Origin: an uncultured Rhizobium sp.
GTDB taxonomy: Bacteria; Bacteroidota; Bacteroidia; NS11-12g; UBA955
Reading direction: 5' to 3'
Assembly (NCBI GenBank): GCA_964527775.1
Contig: CAZGQS010000001.1
Location: forward strand, 126,039-190,038
DNA: 64,000 bases
Position numbers and translations under genes: made by a program. Below the pieces are notes generated by a model, which was not told the DNA's origin, ran no database searches, and was given only the letters and a program-made list of their open reading frames with translations. Shown here one piece after another: positions 38,842 to 48,730 of the stretch. Positions within the stretch are counted from its first letter, which is position 1; every line of letters starts with the position of its first letter.

Positions 38842-40257
38842 TTGCAATTCTTGGAAGCGCTTAAACACCCCATATTCAAAAAACTATCAAAAACTGCCGA
38901 TGATCTTGGCCTGAGAGCCTATGTTGTAGGTGGTTTTGTGCGTGATTATTTCTTGCAAAAACCTTCCAAAGATTTAGATCTTGTTGTTATTGGCTCAGGA
39001 ATTGAATATGCTGAACACCTTCAGAAAGTTTTAGGTGAGCATGACTGTACATTGGTTGTTTTTAAGAATTTTGGCACAGCACAAATAAAATTCCAGGATT
39101 GGATCATAGAGGTCATAGGTGCTAGAAAAGAATCTTACAGACTAGACTCACGTAAACCACTGGTTGAAGATGGTACCCTTATTGATGATCAAAATCGACG
39201 TGATTTTACCATCAATTCTATGTATCTGTCTTTAAATTCTGAGACATTTTCAGAATTATACGATCCGTTTAATGGAATTCAAGATCTGCAAGATGGTATC
39301 ATCAGGGCAAACAATTCCCCAGATATTACTTTTTCCGATGATCCGTTGCGGATGCTCAGGGGCATTCGATTTTCTGCAAGGTTGAATTTTAAAATTCAGG
39401 CAGACACTTGGTCTGGTATCATCAAAAATGCTGAAAGAATTGATATCGTTTCTCAAGAAAGAATCACCGATGAGTTGAATTCCATGATTATGGGTAAAAA
39501 ACCATCGATAGCTTTTGATTTGATGGAACAAGCAGGATTATTGCAGCGATTTTTTCCTGAATTTGTGGCGCTTAAGGGAATTGAAACCATCCAAGGGAAA
39601 AGCCATAAAGACAATTTTTATCACACATTACAAGTACTTGATCAACTTTGTGAATTAAGCGATGATTTATGGTTGAGATGGGCTGCCATTCTGCATGATA
39701 TTGCAAAACCAGCAACCAAGAGATTTGATCCGGATATAGGGTGGACATTTCATGGGCATGAAGATAGAGGTTCTAGAATGGTCAAAGGAATTTTCAGAAG
39801 AATGCGCCTACCACTAGACGAGAAAATGAAATTCGTTGAAAAAATGGTTGCAATGCATCTCAGGCCCATAGTGCTTTCTAAGGAAATAGTCACAGACAGC
39901 GCAGTTCGCCGTTTGATTGTTGAGGCTGGTGAGGATGTAGGTGCATTGATGAAACTTTGCAGGGCCGATATTACCAGTAAAAATGCAGCAAAAGTTCAAA
40001 GGCACATTGCTGATTTATTTAAAGTTGAAGATAAAATCGCTGAGGTGAATGCCAAAGATGAACTCAGAAATTGGCAGCCGGTTGTTTCAGGAAATCATAT
40101 TTTGGAACGATATCAAATAGATAAGCCGAAACACATTGGAGCGTTGAAAAATGAAATTAGAGAAGCCATTCTTGAAGGTAAAGTACCTAATGAGTTGGAA
40201 CCCTGTTTTGATTTTTTAGATGAATTTGCTCAGAGTTTGGGAATTGCCCGTAAATAA
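38842..40257 (+). CDS. cca: tRNA nucleotidyltransferase (CCA-adding) / poly(A) polymerase family protein with an HD domain
   Basis: GGFVRD...DLDLVV nucleotidyltransferase motif, RDFTINS, and HD motif LHDIAKP...HGHE. The TTG start is the only in-frame start after an upstream TAA. Confidence 0.8.
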   Translation: MQFLEALKHPIFKKLSKTADDLGLRAYVVGGFVRDYFLQKPSKDLDLVVIGSGIEYAEHLQKVLGEHDCTLVVFKNFGTAQIKFQDWIIEVIGARKESYRLDSRKPLVEDGTLIDDQNRRDFTINSMYLSLNSETFSELYDPFNGIQDLQDGIIRANNSPDITFSDDPLRMLRGIRFSARLNFKIQADTWSGIIKNAERIDIVSQERITDELNSMIMGKKPSIAFDLMEQAGLLQRFFPEFVALKGIETIQGKSHKDNFYHTLQVLDQLCELSDDLWLRWAAILHDIAKPATKRFDPDIGWTFHGHEDRGSRMVKGIFRRMRLPLDEKMKFVEKMVAMHLRPIVLSKEIVTDSAVRRLIVEAGEDVGALMKLCRADITSKNAAKVQRHIADLFKVEDKIAEVNAKDELRNWQPVVSGNHILERYQIDKPKHIGALKNEIREAILEGKVPNELEPCFDFLDEFAQSLGIARK

Positions 40258-40281
40258 TTCGATTTTTGCACTACTAATTAT

Positions 40282-41553
40282 ATGTTACTGATTTCTAATA
40301 TTCGCCAAAATTCTAACGAAATTATTGAAAGATTATCCATTAGAGGTATCGATGCGGCTCCCTTGATTCAAGAAATTCTTGATTTAGATGCGCAATCTAG
40401 ACAGGCTAGAACCGAAATGGAGCAAACTCAAGCACAAAACAATCATTTGTCTGGACAAATTGGCGAGTTGATGAAGTCGGGAAAAAAAGACGAAGCTGAA
40501 TCTATCAGAAATCAGTCAACCCAACTTAAAGATAAAATTAAAGAATTAACCGTTCAGGTTGAACAACTAGAACAGGTAGTTAATGATAAAATCATTGCAT
40601 TACCTAATACCCCTAATACAAGCGTTCCTAAAGGTAAGTCTGCAGATGATAATCTTCAGGTTCTTCTTCACGGAAATGCAGTTGAATTGCCAGAGTCTGC
40701 TTTGCCTCACTGGGAATTAGCAACCAAATACGACATCATTGATTTTGAACTAGGAAATAAAATTTCTGGAGCAGGTTTTCCCGTTTACAAGGGGAAAGGC
40801 GCTATTTTTCAAAGAGCATTAATTCAGTTTTTTTTAAATGAAGCTGGAAAGGCTGGATACATGGAAATTCAACCTCCTTTGTTGGTGAATGCCGATAGCG
40901 GATATGGAACAGGTCAATTACCTGATAAGGAAGGTCAAATGTATCATGCAACAGTAGATGATCTTTATTTGATACCAACCGCCGAAGTACCAATTACCAA
41001 CATATACAGAAACGTGATTTTGAGTGAAAGTCAGCTTCCTATAAAAAATTGTGGTTACACTCCCTGTTTTAGACGAGAAGCCGGAAGTTATGGCGCTCAT
41101 GTAAGAGGACTAAACCGACTTCACCAATTTGATAAAGTTGAGATTGTTCAAATTGTGAAGCCTGATGATAGCTATAACGTGCTTGAAGGTATGTCTGAGT
41201 ATGTTCAGTCATTGCTCAAAAAATTAGGGCTGCATTACAGAGTATTGTTGCTGTGCGGTGGGGATATGGGATTCACATCGGCTAAAACCTATGACATGGA
41301 AGTTTGGAGTCCAGCACAAAAAATGTGGTTGGAATGCAGTTCTGTAAGCAATTTCGAAACCTTCCAGACCAATCGTTTGAAGTGTAGATATAAAAATTCG
41401 GAAGGAAAAACGGAGTTAGCACATTCTTTGAATGGAAGCGCATTGGCATTGCCAAGAATTGTAGCATCTCTTTTGGAAACGTTCCAAACCCCTGATGGAA
41501 TTGTTGTTCCAGAGGTTTTACGTCCATACACAGGTTTTGATTTGATCAACTAA
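40282..41553 (+). CDS. serS: Seryl-tRNA synthetase
   Basis: N-terminal coiled-coil arm and class II motifs (FRREAGSYG, HSLNGSALALPR). Confidence 0.95.
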   Translation: MLLISNIRQNSNEIIERLSIRGIDAAPLIQEILDLDAQSRQARTEMEQTQAQNNHLSGQIGELMKSGKKDEAESIRNQSTQLKDKIKELTVQVEQLEQVVNDKIIALPNTPNTSVPKGKSADDNLQVLLHGNAVELPESALPHWELATKYDIIDFELGNKISGAGFPVYKGKGAIFQRALIQFFLNEAGKAGYMEIQPPLLVNADSGYGTGQLPDKEGQMYHATVDDLYLIPTAEVPITNIYRNVILSESQLPIKNCGYTPCFRREAGSYGAHVRGLNRLHQFDKVEIVQIVKPDDSYNVLEGMSEYVQSLLKKLGLHYRVLLLCGGDMGFTSAKTYDMEVWSPAQKMWLECSSVSNFETFQTNRLKCRYKNSEGKTELAHSLNGSALALPRIVASLLETFQTPDGIVVPEVLRPYTGFDLIN

Positions 41554-41555
41554 GT

Positions 41556-42062
41556 ATGAGCTTTGATTTAAATAGGGACTTTTCTTTGGAAGAGTTACTT
41601 CAGTCAGTTGTTGCAATTAAGGAACTTCCCAATCAATTGGCCAAATTACTCAGTGGAATTACAGAAGAACAGCTAAACAGCAGTTACAGAGAGGGTGGTT
41701 GGAATGTGCGCCAAATCATACATCATCTGGCTGATTCTCACATGAATGCTTATATCAGGACCAAACACGTAATAGCACAAGATGTAGCTGAAATGCAGGT
41801 GTATGACCAAGATATTTGGGCTTCAGACCTAGATCAATCGTTTCATCACGAAGCTAGTTTTATGATTATCTTAGGACTTCATCAGAGATGGAGTTTGTTG
41901 TTGCTAGAATGTTTGAAAAAGCCCGATGAGTACTTAACGAAGTCGCTCTATCATCCAGAAAGAAAAATGCATTTGTCATTAGCTCACATGATTGCATTGT
42001 ATGGATGGCATGGAAATCATCACTTGACTCAGATTCAAGCAGCTATTTCTTATAAGAATTGA
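41556..42062 (+). CDS. DinB/YfiT-family metal-dependent protein
   Basis: The four-helix DinB pattern with His triad candidates (IIHHLADSHMNAY ... GWHGNHHLTQI). Confidence 0.65.
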   Translation: MSFDLNRDFSLEELLQSVVAIKELPNQLAKLLSGITEEQLNSSYREGGWNVRQIIHHLADSHMNAYIRTKHVIAQDVAEMQVYDQDIWASDLDQSFHHEASFMIILGLHQRWSLLLLECLKKPDEYLTKSLYHPERKMHLSLAHMIALYGWHGNHHLTQIQAAISYKN

Positions 42063-42771
42063 ATACCTTCCAGATTTGGTAAGGAACTTTAATGAAATCA
42101 AAAGTTCCAATCTTTGAACCTGCAACGTCTCTCCACTTTCTAATGGGTACCTCTTGGCATAAATCAATGCCTGTAGGACCGTACTTATTTTTGATTCGCA
42201 ATAATATTTCGACATCAAAAAGCCATCTAGTTTTAAACGGAGTTTCAAATAGTTCTTTCAAAGAATTATGAATCAACTTTGCTCCGCACTGCGAATCATG
42301 AACTTTCCAGCCTAAACCATAAGAAATCAAAGTAGCGAAAATACGACCCGAATAATGCCTAAACATGGTTCGTTCAATATTGGAGCCCAATCTTGCTACT
42401 CGAGAACCTAAGATATAGGGTTGATTTTCAAGGTTGGAATAATTGAAAAGCCATTCAATTTCTTCTAACGGTGTTGCCATATCTGCATCCCAAAAGCCAA
42501 CCCATTCAAATCCTTCGTTCCAACCCCAATTTAAGCCATGTCTAACCGCTTCTGATTTACCTTGATTCACGTCTAAATCAAGTAAACTACATTGATGATT
42601 GTTTTTTATAAAATCTTGGATGACTTGAGACGTAGTGTCAGTACTTCCATCGTTTACAAATAAAATTTGGACCTGCGAATGATCCTTGAGGTATTGAAGA
42701 ATGGAGGTAAATTCCAATCTTTCGGACTCGTTATAGCAGGGTATGACAATGCAGGTTTTGGGAAAAGCCAT
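42043..42771 (-). CDS. Family 2 glycosyltransferase, polyprenyl-phosphate hexose synthase-like
   Basis: IVIPCYNE...VNDGS.D.T and the DAD motif (FWDADMATP). It is short and soluble, resembling the Dpm1/ALG5/GtrB catalytic domain. Confidence 0.75.
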   Translation of the reverse strand: MAFPKTCIVIPCYNESERLEFTSILQYLKDHSQVQILFVNDGSTDTTSQVIQDFIKNNHQCSLLDLDVNQGKSEAVRHGLNWGWNEGFEWVGFWDADMATPLEEIEWLFNYSNLENQPYILGSRVARLGSNIERTMFRHYSGRIFATLISYGLGWKVHDSQCGAKLIHNSLKELFETPFKTRWLFDVEILLRIKNKYGPTGIDLCQEVPIRKWRDVAGSKIGTFDFIKVPYQIWKVFNSYKK

Positions 42772-42812
42772 TGAGAGCGTGAATTTATAACGAAAAACCC
42801 GAATGCTCTGCG

Positions 42813-42820
42813 TAATTTTG
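42813..42820 (+). promoter_or_regulatory. Candidate -7 promoter box (TAATTTTG) directly upstream of the cystathionine beta-synthase-like gene
   Basis: Exact TAnnTTTG match ending 7 nt before the ATG at 42828. Confidence 0.4.
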
Positions 42821-42827
42821 CATCACC

Positions 42828-44201
42828 ATGGCATTTTACCAAAATATTTTGGAAACCATAGGAAATACTCCTTTGGTTAAAATAAACAAACTTACTAAAG
42901 ATTTACCCTGTACTGTATTAGCAAAAGTTGAAACTACCAATCCAGGCAATTCCATTAAAGACCGTATGGCTCTCAAAATGATTGAAGACGCTGAAAAATC
43001 GGGTGTTTTAAAACCCGGCGGTACCATTGTTGAAGGAACCAGTGGCAATACGGGAATGGGTTTAGCCATCGCGGCGGTTGTAAAGGGGTATAAGTGCATT
43101 TTTACAACTACAGATAAACAGAGTAAAGAAAAAGTAGATGCTTTAAAAGCTTTTGGTGCTGAAGTGATTGTTTGTCCAACAGATGTTGATCCAGAAGATC
43201 CTCGTAGCTATTATAGTGTAAGTAGTAGACTTGCTGCTGAAATACCCAATGCTTGGAAACCCAATCAATATGATAATTTAAGCAATTCTCAGGCTCATTA
43301 CGAACAAACAGGACCTGAAATTTGGGAACAAACAGAAGGAAAAATCACCCATTTGGTGGTGGGAGTGGGTACCGGTGGTACCATTTCGGGAACAGCAAGG
43401 TATCTCAAAGAGAAAAACCCAAACATCAAAATCATTGGAATAGATACTTACGGTTCGGTATTCAAAAAATACAAGGAAACGGGCATTTTTGATAAAAATG
43501 AAATCTATCCCTACATCACCGAAGGCATTGGAGAGGATTTCCTGCCAAAAAATGTAGATTTCTCACTCATAGACCATTTTGAAAAAGTAACCGATAAAGA
43601 CGCCGCATACATGACTCGACTGATTCCGAGGGAAGAGGGGATTTTCGCTGGAAACAGTGCAGGTTCTGCTATGCAAGGCCTGCTTCAAGTCAAGCATATG
43701 TTTGGACCAAATGATGTGGTTGTTGTTATTTTTCATGATCATGGAACTCGCTATTTGGGCAAAATGTTCAATGAAGATTGGATGAGAGATAGAGGGTTTA
43801 TTCCTTCTAAACCAACCAAGACAGCTTCAGAATTAATTGCAAATCACAAAGAACTGCCTTTAGTCAGTATTTCTGATACCATGTCATGCAAAGAAGCTTT
43901 TCATCTCATGCAGAAATACAATATTTCTCAAATTCCTGTGAAAAATAATCAAAATGAATTCGTGGGATCCTTAGACGATAACTTCTTTTACAAGGAACTG
44001 TTAACCAATCTAGATTTGATGAATTCTACTGTGGGAAGTGTCATGCAACAAGCATATCCTGTGGTTTCTTTTGGAGAAAGTATTGAGAATATTTCTCGTT
44101 TGATTGATGAAAAAAATCAGGCTTGTCTTGTAATGGATATGGGCGGTAATTGGCACATTATCACCAAACAAGACCTCATTCGCGCAATTGCCGATGTTTA
44201 G
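42828..44201 (+). CDS. Cystathionine beta-synthase-like PLP enzyme (cysteine synthase fold plus a C-terminal CBS pair)
   Basis: PLP lysine motif NPGNSIKDR, SGNTG and GVGTGGTISG. The C-terminal roughly 120 aa have a CBS-domain pattern. Confidence 0.8.
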   Translation: MAFYQNILETIGNTPLVKINKLTKDLPCTVLAKVETTNPGNSIKDRMALKMIEDAEKSGVLKPGGTIVEGTSGNTGMGLAIAAVVKGYKCIFTTTDKQSKEKVDALKAFGAEVIVCPTDVDPEDPRSYYSVSSRLAAEIPNAWKPNQYDNLSNSQAHYEQTGPEIWEQTEGKITHLVVGVGTGGTISGTARYLKEKNPNIKIIGIDTYGSVFKKYKETGIFDKNEIYPYITEGIGEDFLPKNVDFSLIDHFEKVTDKDAAYMTRLIPREEGIFAGNSAGSAMQGLLQVKHMFGPNDVVVVIFHDHGTRYLGKMFNEDWMRDRGFIPSKPTKTASELIANHKELPLVSISDTMSCKEAFHLMQKYNISQIPVKNNQNEFVGSLDDNFFYKELLTNLDLMNSTVGSVMQQAYPVVSFGESIENISRLIDEKNQACLVMDMGGNWHIITKQDLIRAIADV

Positions 44202-44241
44202 TATTTTTTCCAAATTATTTAGATTAAACGCATCAAAATCA

Positions 44242-45006
44242 ATGGCCATCAACATTAAAACCCCTGAACAAATAGAAGGAATCAAGAAAAGTTCGCAATT
44301 AGCGGCTCAAACTCTCAAGTATATGGAGCAGTTCGTAAAACCAGGTGTTACCACCTTAGAATTAGACCAAATTATTGAGAAATATGTAAGAGAACATGGT
44401 GCATCTCCTGCAACAAAAGGATACAGAGGTTACAAGCATTCTAGTTGTATTTCACCCAATGATGTGGTCTGCCACGGTGTTCCTAATAGTTATGTGCTTC
44501 AAGATGGTGATATTTTGAACATTGATGTTACTACTATTTTAAACGGTTTCTATGGCGATACATGCAAAATGTACTATGTGGGTAAACCTTCTGAATATGC
44601 GCAGAAATTGGTTGAAACCACCAAGGAGTGTCTTCGACTTGGTATGGCTGAATGTAAACCCGGCGCAAGATTAGGCAATGTAGGATATGCCATTTCTGAA
44701 CACGCTCATAAAAATGGATACAGCGTGGTTTATGAATTTTGTGGACATGGTGTTGGACTGAAATTTCACGAAGAACCAGACGTGCCGCACATAGCTGAAA
44801 AAAACTCAGGCCCAATTTTAAAAGAGGGCATGGTCTTTACCATTGAACCCATGATCAATGCTGGAAAAGCGCGCTGTAAGGTTGATAGAAAAGATGGTTG
44901 GACTGCCAGAACCATTGACGGTAGATTGAGCGCCCAATTTGAGCATACCATTGTCATTACCTCTGATGGTTATGAAGCATTGACCGATGTTTACGGGGAC
45001 TTTTAA
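44242..45006 (+). CDS. map: Methionine aminopeptidase, type I
   Basis: VCHGVP, DILNIDVT, GHGVG, FTIEP and FEHTIVIT metal-ligand motifs. The start is placed at MAINIKTPEQIEG (44242). Confidence 0.9.
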   Translation: MAINIKTPEQIEGIKKSSQLAAQTLKYMEQFVKPGVTTLELDQIIEKYVREHGASPATKGYRGYKHSSCISPNDVVCHGVPNSYVLQDGDILNIDVTTILNGFYGDTCKMYYVGKPSEYAQKLVETTKECLRLGMAECKPGARLGNVGYAISEHAHKNGYSVVYEFCGHGVGLKFHEEPDVPHIAEKNSGPILKEGMVFTIEPMINAGKARCKVDRKDGWTARTIDGRLSAQFEHTIVITSDGYEALTDVYGDF

Positions 45007-45016
45007 GTTTTAAACT

Positions 45017-45856
45017 ATGAACGTAAAACTAACCACCATACACACGGGTAATTTCAAACTTGATGGGGGAGCCATGTTTGGTGTAGTTCCCAAAGTACTT
45101 TGGAATAAAATGAACCCTTCTGATGAAAACAACTTATGCAATTGGGCCATGCGTTGCCTTTTAGTGGAAGTCGGTTCAAGGAAAATCCTCATAGATACAG
45201 GAATTGGAGATAAACAGTCTGACAAGTTCTTCTCTCATTACTATTTAAATGGCGATCAAAGTTTGGATAAATCATTAGCGTATGTAGGTTTGACCAAAGA
45301 CGATATTACCGATGTTATATTAACACATCTGCATTTTGATCATGTGGGAGGAGCGGTGACAAATGAACTAACCGCAGCATTTAGCAAGGCTATTTATCAT
45401 GTTACCGAAACTCAATGGAACCATGCCAATAACCCCAATCCTCGTGAAAAAGCTTCATTCCTTAAAGAGAATTTTGAAACTCTTCAATATGAAGGAGTAT
45501 TGAATTTTGTGGAGCCTGGAGAAAAAATAGCTGATATCATTGAAATTCTTACTTGCAATGGTCATACTTTAGGCATGATTACTCCGTTGATTCACCTTCC
45601 AAGCGGCGAAAAAGTGCTGTATGGCGCTGATTTGTATCCCAGCCATTCTCACATAAAATCCAATTTTGTCATGGCCTATGATATTCAGCCTTTGGTCACA
45701 ATGATTGAAAAAGAGGCCATGAATCAAAGAGCTACCGAAGAAAATTGGTGGATTTACTATGAACACGACCTTGCCCATGAAATGAGCAAGATTGCATTGA
45801 ATGAAAAAAATCAATTCGAGGCAATGAACTTCGCCTCGGTTGATATGTTGAATTGA
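45017..45856 (+). CDS. MBL-fold metallo-hydrolase
   Basis: HxHxDH motif (THLHFDHVGG) and downstream His/Asp ligands. Confidence 0.75.
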   Translation: MNVKLTTIHTGNFKLDGGAMFGVVPKVLWNKMNPSDENNLCNWAMRCLLVEVGSRKILIDTGIGDKQSDKFFSHYYLNGDQSLDKSLAYVGLTKDDITDVILTHLHFDHVGGAVTNELTAAFSKAIYHVTETQWNHANNPNPREKASFLKENFETLQYEGVLNFVEPGEKIADIIEILTCNGHTLGMITPLIHLPSGEKVLYGADLYPSHSHIKSNFVMAYDIQPLVTMIEKEAMNQRATEENWWIYYEHDLAHEMSKIALNEKNQFEAMNFASVDMLN

Positions 45857-48655
45857 TTATTGTTGCGGGAAGTATTTTTCCCAATTTACCTTCTCACCGG
45901 TGATTTCTTGATAAATCTCATCAATGTAAAACTGTGCATTGGTAAACTCTTGCTGGGTTTTTACATTTCCGTATGACATTGCACCTACCCATTTGTTGAA
46001 ATTGGTTTGATCATTCTTCAATTTAAAACATTGAGCACCAATTTGATAACTTCTTGCATCAAGAGGATTTATTTTTACCGCCTCCTTAATCGAAGCAATC
46101 GCCAAATCATAGTCCTTGTTTAACAGATGGGCCTGTGCCTTCATGCTATATCCTTCTGGATCTTTGGGACGTGAATCTATGTAGGCTTGCATAGTGTTTA
46201 CCGCCAAATCATATTTATCTTTCTCTACATACATTTGATATGCAGAAAATAAAGCACGGCTGTATTCTGGGAACAATTCCAAACATTTGTTCATGTAGAT
46301 CAAAGCAGAGTCTACGTTTCCTTTATTTCCATAGGCATTTCCAATATAGAACAATGCTTCGGTTGATTTAGGATCTACCTTTAAATACTCATTCAACAAT
46401 GCAATTCCTTTGTCTTGATTGTTTTCTTTTGTAATAGCCTGAATACCTTGATAATCTAAATCGGAAAGACGTTTTACTACGCAGCCCATGGGTTTACCAT
46501 CAACTGAAGGGGTGAAAATGGTACCAGCGGGAGGAAAACTACCGTTATCTAAACGTGCTTTATCCATATATGCATTATAGAAAATGGCATAATCCCATTT
46601 TTTTTCTGAGCGATCATCAAAACGAGTGTACCCCACGTGAACATTGGGTTGATTTCGGAAATAGTACTTTACTTGATCCATTCCATAGGTCAAGATTTCG
46701 TATTTCTTGTTTGGATTTCTAGCAATTTCATTGTCTATCAAGAATTCACAGCTCGGTCTGATACTGGCCAAGTAATAATCCATTTCATACTCGCCATAGG
46801 CACCTTGAACTCCACCAACAACCTCGTTGAAATAAACATAACTTAAGTTTGAGTTTTTTGCTACAAACGAAGCTGGGATCAATGTCAATCCAATAGATAA
46901 TATTGCACCAACAGGTAATTTTATTTTTACGAGGGATTGCAACTTGTAGTATCCTAAAACGGCTAAGATTCCAAAACTAGGCAGGGTAAATAAAATGTGT
47001 CTAAGTCCACCGTAAACTCCCGATTTCTGCAAATAGATGTAGAAAATGGGGAAGATGGCAGTGAATACCATTAAGAATTCTTCAACGGTAAAAGATTTTC
47101 TGCGAATAGCAGTGGTGATGACATAAAGTGCTAGTCCAATTAAAATTCCCAACGGAAGCGTAATCCACAGGTATTTGGTCAAATAGTGTCCGGGCAAACC
47201 GTCGCTATCGTATAATTTTCCTTCAAAAAGTTGTCTTAAAGTTACTTGATAATTGGTAAATGCATCCAGTGCTTTCATTGGGTTATCGATTGGGGCTTCC
47301 CATCCGTAAGGCCACACATAGATTCCTAAGAAGTAACCCAGTATCCCGACAATAGCAATTGCTCCAATCCAAGCATTCGCACCTTTCCATTGTAATTTGA
47401 TGAAGTTGGAAATTGAAATCTTTTCAATGAATTTCAGTCCCAAGTAAAGCCCAATTATGGCAATCGATAATAGTCCACCAATACGGATAGAAATACCCAA
47501 TGCAATACCGAACACCAATCCGAAGGCAGCAGACCATCTAAAAGTAGGGTAGGACTGAGCAAATTTCACGGCATAATAAAGCGACATGATGTAACCCAAA
47601 GCGAAGGGAACGTCTTTGGGGTTATTCAAAGACTCACCAAAGAATCTGGGCATGAAGAATACAGCCAGCAAGGCCACCGAAGCCCACAAATAACTTCCTT
47701 TGGTTAATCTACGGGTCAGCAATGCTGCATAGAAAACCGAAAGAAATCCAAAAACAGCATTCCACCAATGTCTTAGTCCCATATAATCATGAGCATCAGA
47801 AATCCAAGCCATGATTGCGGTGAAAGTGTCAAAGCTAGATCCATACAAATGCATCAAACGGTCTGGGTCTTCAATAGTTGCGGCAGCAACACCATCGGTC
47901 TGGTATTTACGCGCAACGGTTACCATCTTTTGACCCTTTATTGCGTTTGTATCGATAGGCATTTGCATACCTATTTTATCTAGATGATAGTTAGCGATGA
48001 GTTTAGCGTATTCATATTGCACAAATTCATCACCTGAAATACCTGCTTTTTTGCTGGTTTGAGTGATGTAGAAAAAGCTCAAAACCGTCAATAAAACAAA
48101 GGCCAATTTAGACCAATTGCCTGATGGCTTAATGTAGTAATTAAGAGCTTGTAAAAGCTTAGAGTTCCAACTTTTTAAAACTTCTAGATTCTCAGGCTTT
48201 TTGTTTTCTAAAGTGATGAAAGATTCAGCGCTACATGCTTTTTCTAGGAAATAGGGCAATTCCTGAAAGTTGCAAAGATTAGGACTGATTTCTGTTAGTT
48301 GTTTTAATGCAGAGAGATTAGCAACAATGGCAACAAAATTAGCGCGTTGAGAATGTTGTCCGCTCAGTAATTGATTGATCGTTGAATTAGGAGCGGTTTC
48401 AGCGCAGATATAATGATGCGCTTTGTTTGATTCTGCGGTTATTTCTTGTTTGATTTTTTGATGTTGCGCAGGCTTTAGAGTTTTATCGGGACTAACAATG
48501 ATGTACCAACCATCAGATAATTCATGTATTTGATTAGAGTTTGAAATTTGTGTTGAATCAGATGTATTGTTTGATTCATTATCTGACATCCAGTTTAATG
48601 TGGTCAGTTGTATGTTTTTGCCCTCAACGGAACCTTTATCTACTTTTTTAGCCAT
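45857..48655 (-). CDS. Large GT-C-like polytopic membrane protein with a C-terminal TPR domain (TMTC/PMT-like architecture)
   Basis: An N-terminal soluble region of about 180 aa, then a multi-TM core with an acidic first-loop motif (ISGDEFVQYEY), then a C-terminal region of about 250 aa with TPR-like repeats (ALFYIGNAYGNKGNVDSALIYMNKCLELFP...). Confidence 0.5.
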   Translation of the reverse strand: MAKKVDKGSVEGKNIQLTTLNWMSDNESNNTSDSTQISNSNQIHELSDGWYIIVSPDKTLKPAQHQKIKQEITAESNKAHHYICAETAPNSTINQLLSGQHSQRANFVAIVANLSALKQLTEISPNLCNFQELPYFLEKACSAESFITLENKKPENLEVLKSWNSKLLQALNYYIKPSGNWSKLAFVLLTVLSFFYITQTSKKAGISGDEFVQYEYAKLIANYHLDKIGMQMPIDTNAIKGQKMVTVARKYQTDGVAAATIEDPDRLMHLYGSSFDTFTAIMAWISDAHDYMGLRHWWNAVFGFLSVFYAALLTRRLTKGSYLWASVALLAVFFMPRFFGESLNNPKDVPFALGYIMSLYYAVKFAQSYPTFRWSAAFGLVFGIALGISIRIGGLLSIAIIGLYLGLKFIEKISISNFIKLQWKGANAWIGAIAIVGILGYFLGIYVWPYGWEAPIDNPMKALDAFTNYQVTLRQLFEGKLYDSDGLPGHYLTKYLWITLPLGILIGLALYVITTAIRRKSFTVEEFLMVFTAIFPIFYIYLQKSGVYGGLRHILFTLPSFGILAVLGYYKLQSLVKIKLPVGAILSIGLTLIPASFVAKNSNLSYVYFNEVVGGVQGAYGEYEMDYYLASIRPSCEFLIDNEIARNPNKKYEILTYGMDQVKYYFRNQPNVHVGYTRFDDRSEKKWDYAIFYNAYMDKARLDNGSFPPAGTIFTPSVDGKPMGCVVKRLSDLDYQGIQAITKENNQDKGIALLNEYLKVDPKSTEALFYIGNAYGNKGNVDSALIYMNKCLELFPEYSRALFSAYQMYVEKDKYDLAVNTMQAYIDSRPKDPEGYSMKAQAHLLNKDYDLAIASIKEAVKINPLDARSYQIGAQCFKLKNDQTNFNKWVGAMSYGNVKTQQEFTNAQFYIDEIYQEITGEKVNWEKYFPQQ

Positions 48656-48730
48656 GATCTTCAGTGTTCTTTGCGAAATTAATTTCTTTTCTTGTTGAAT
48701 CTTCTATTTGAGATAAGTTTTCCTGTTTTG

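Noticed and set aside
38837-38844. TATCTTTG promoter-like box upstream of the cca-like gene
   Set aside because: It overlaps the only plausible in-frame start (TTG at 38842, bounded by TAA at 38830). It therefore cannot be both promoter and start context, and is probably a chance match.
45854-45859. Zero-nucleotide gap between convergent stop codons of the MBL hydrolase and the GT-C/TPR gene
   Set aside because: This is real in the sequence but merely reflects compact gene packing. No additional signal is present.
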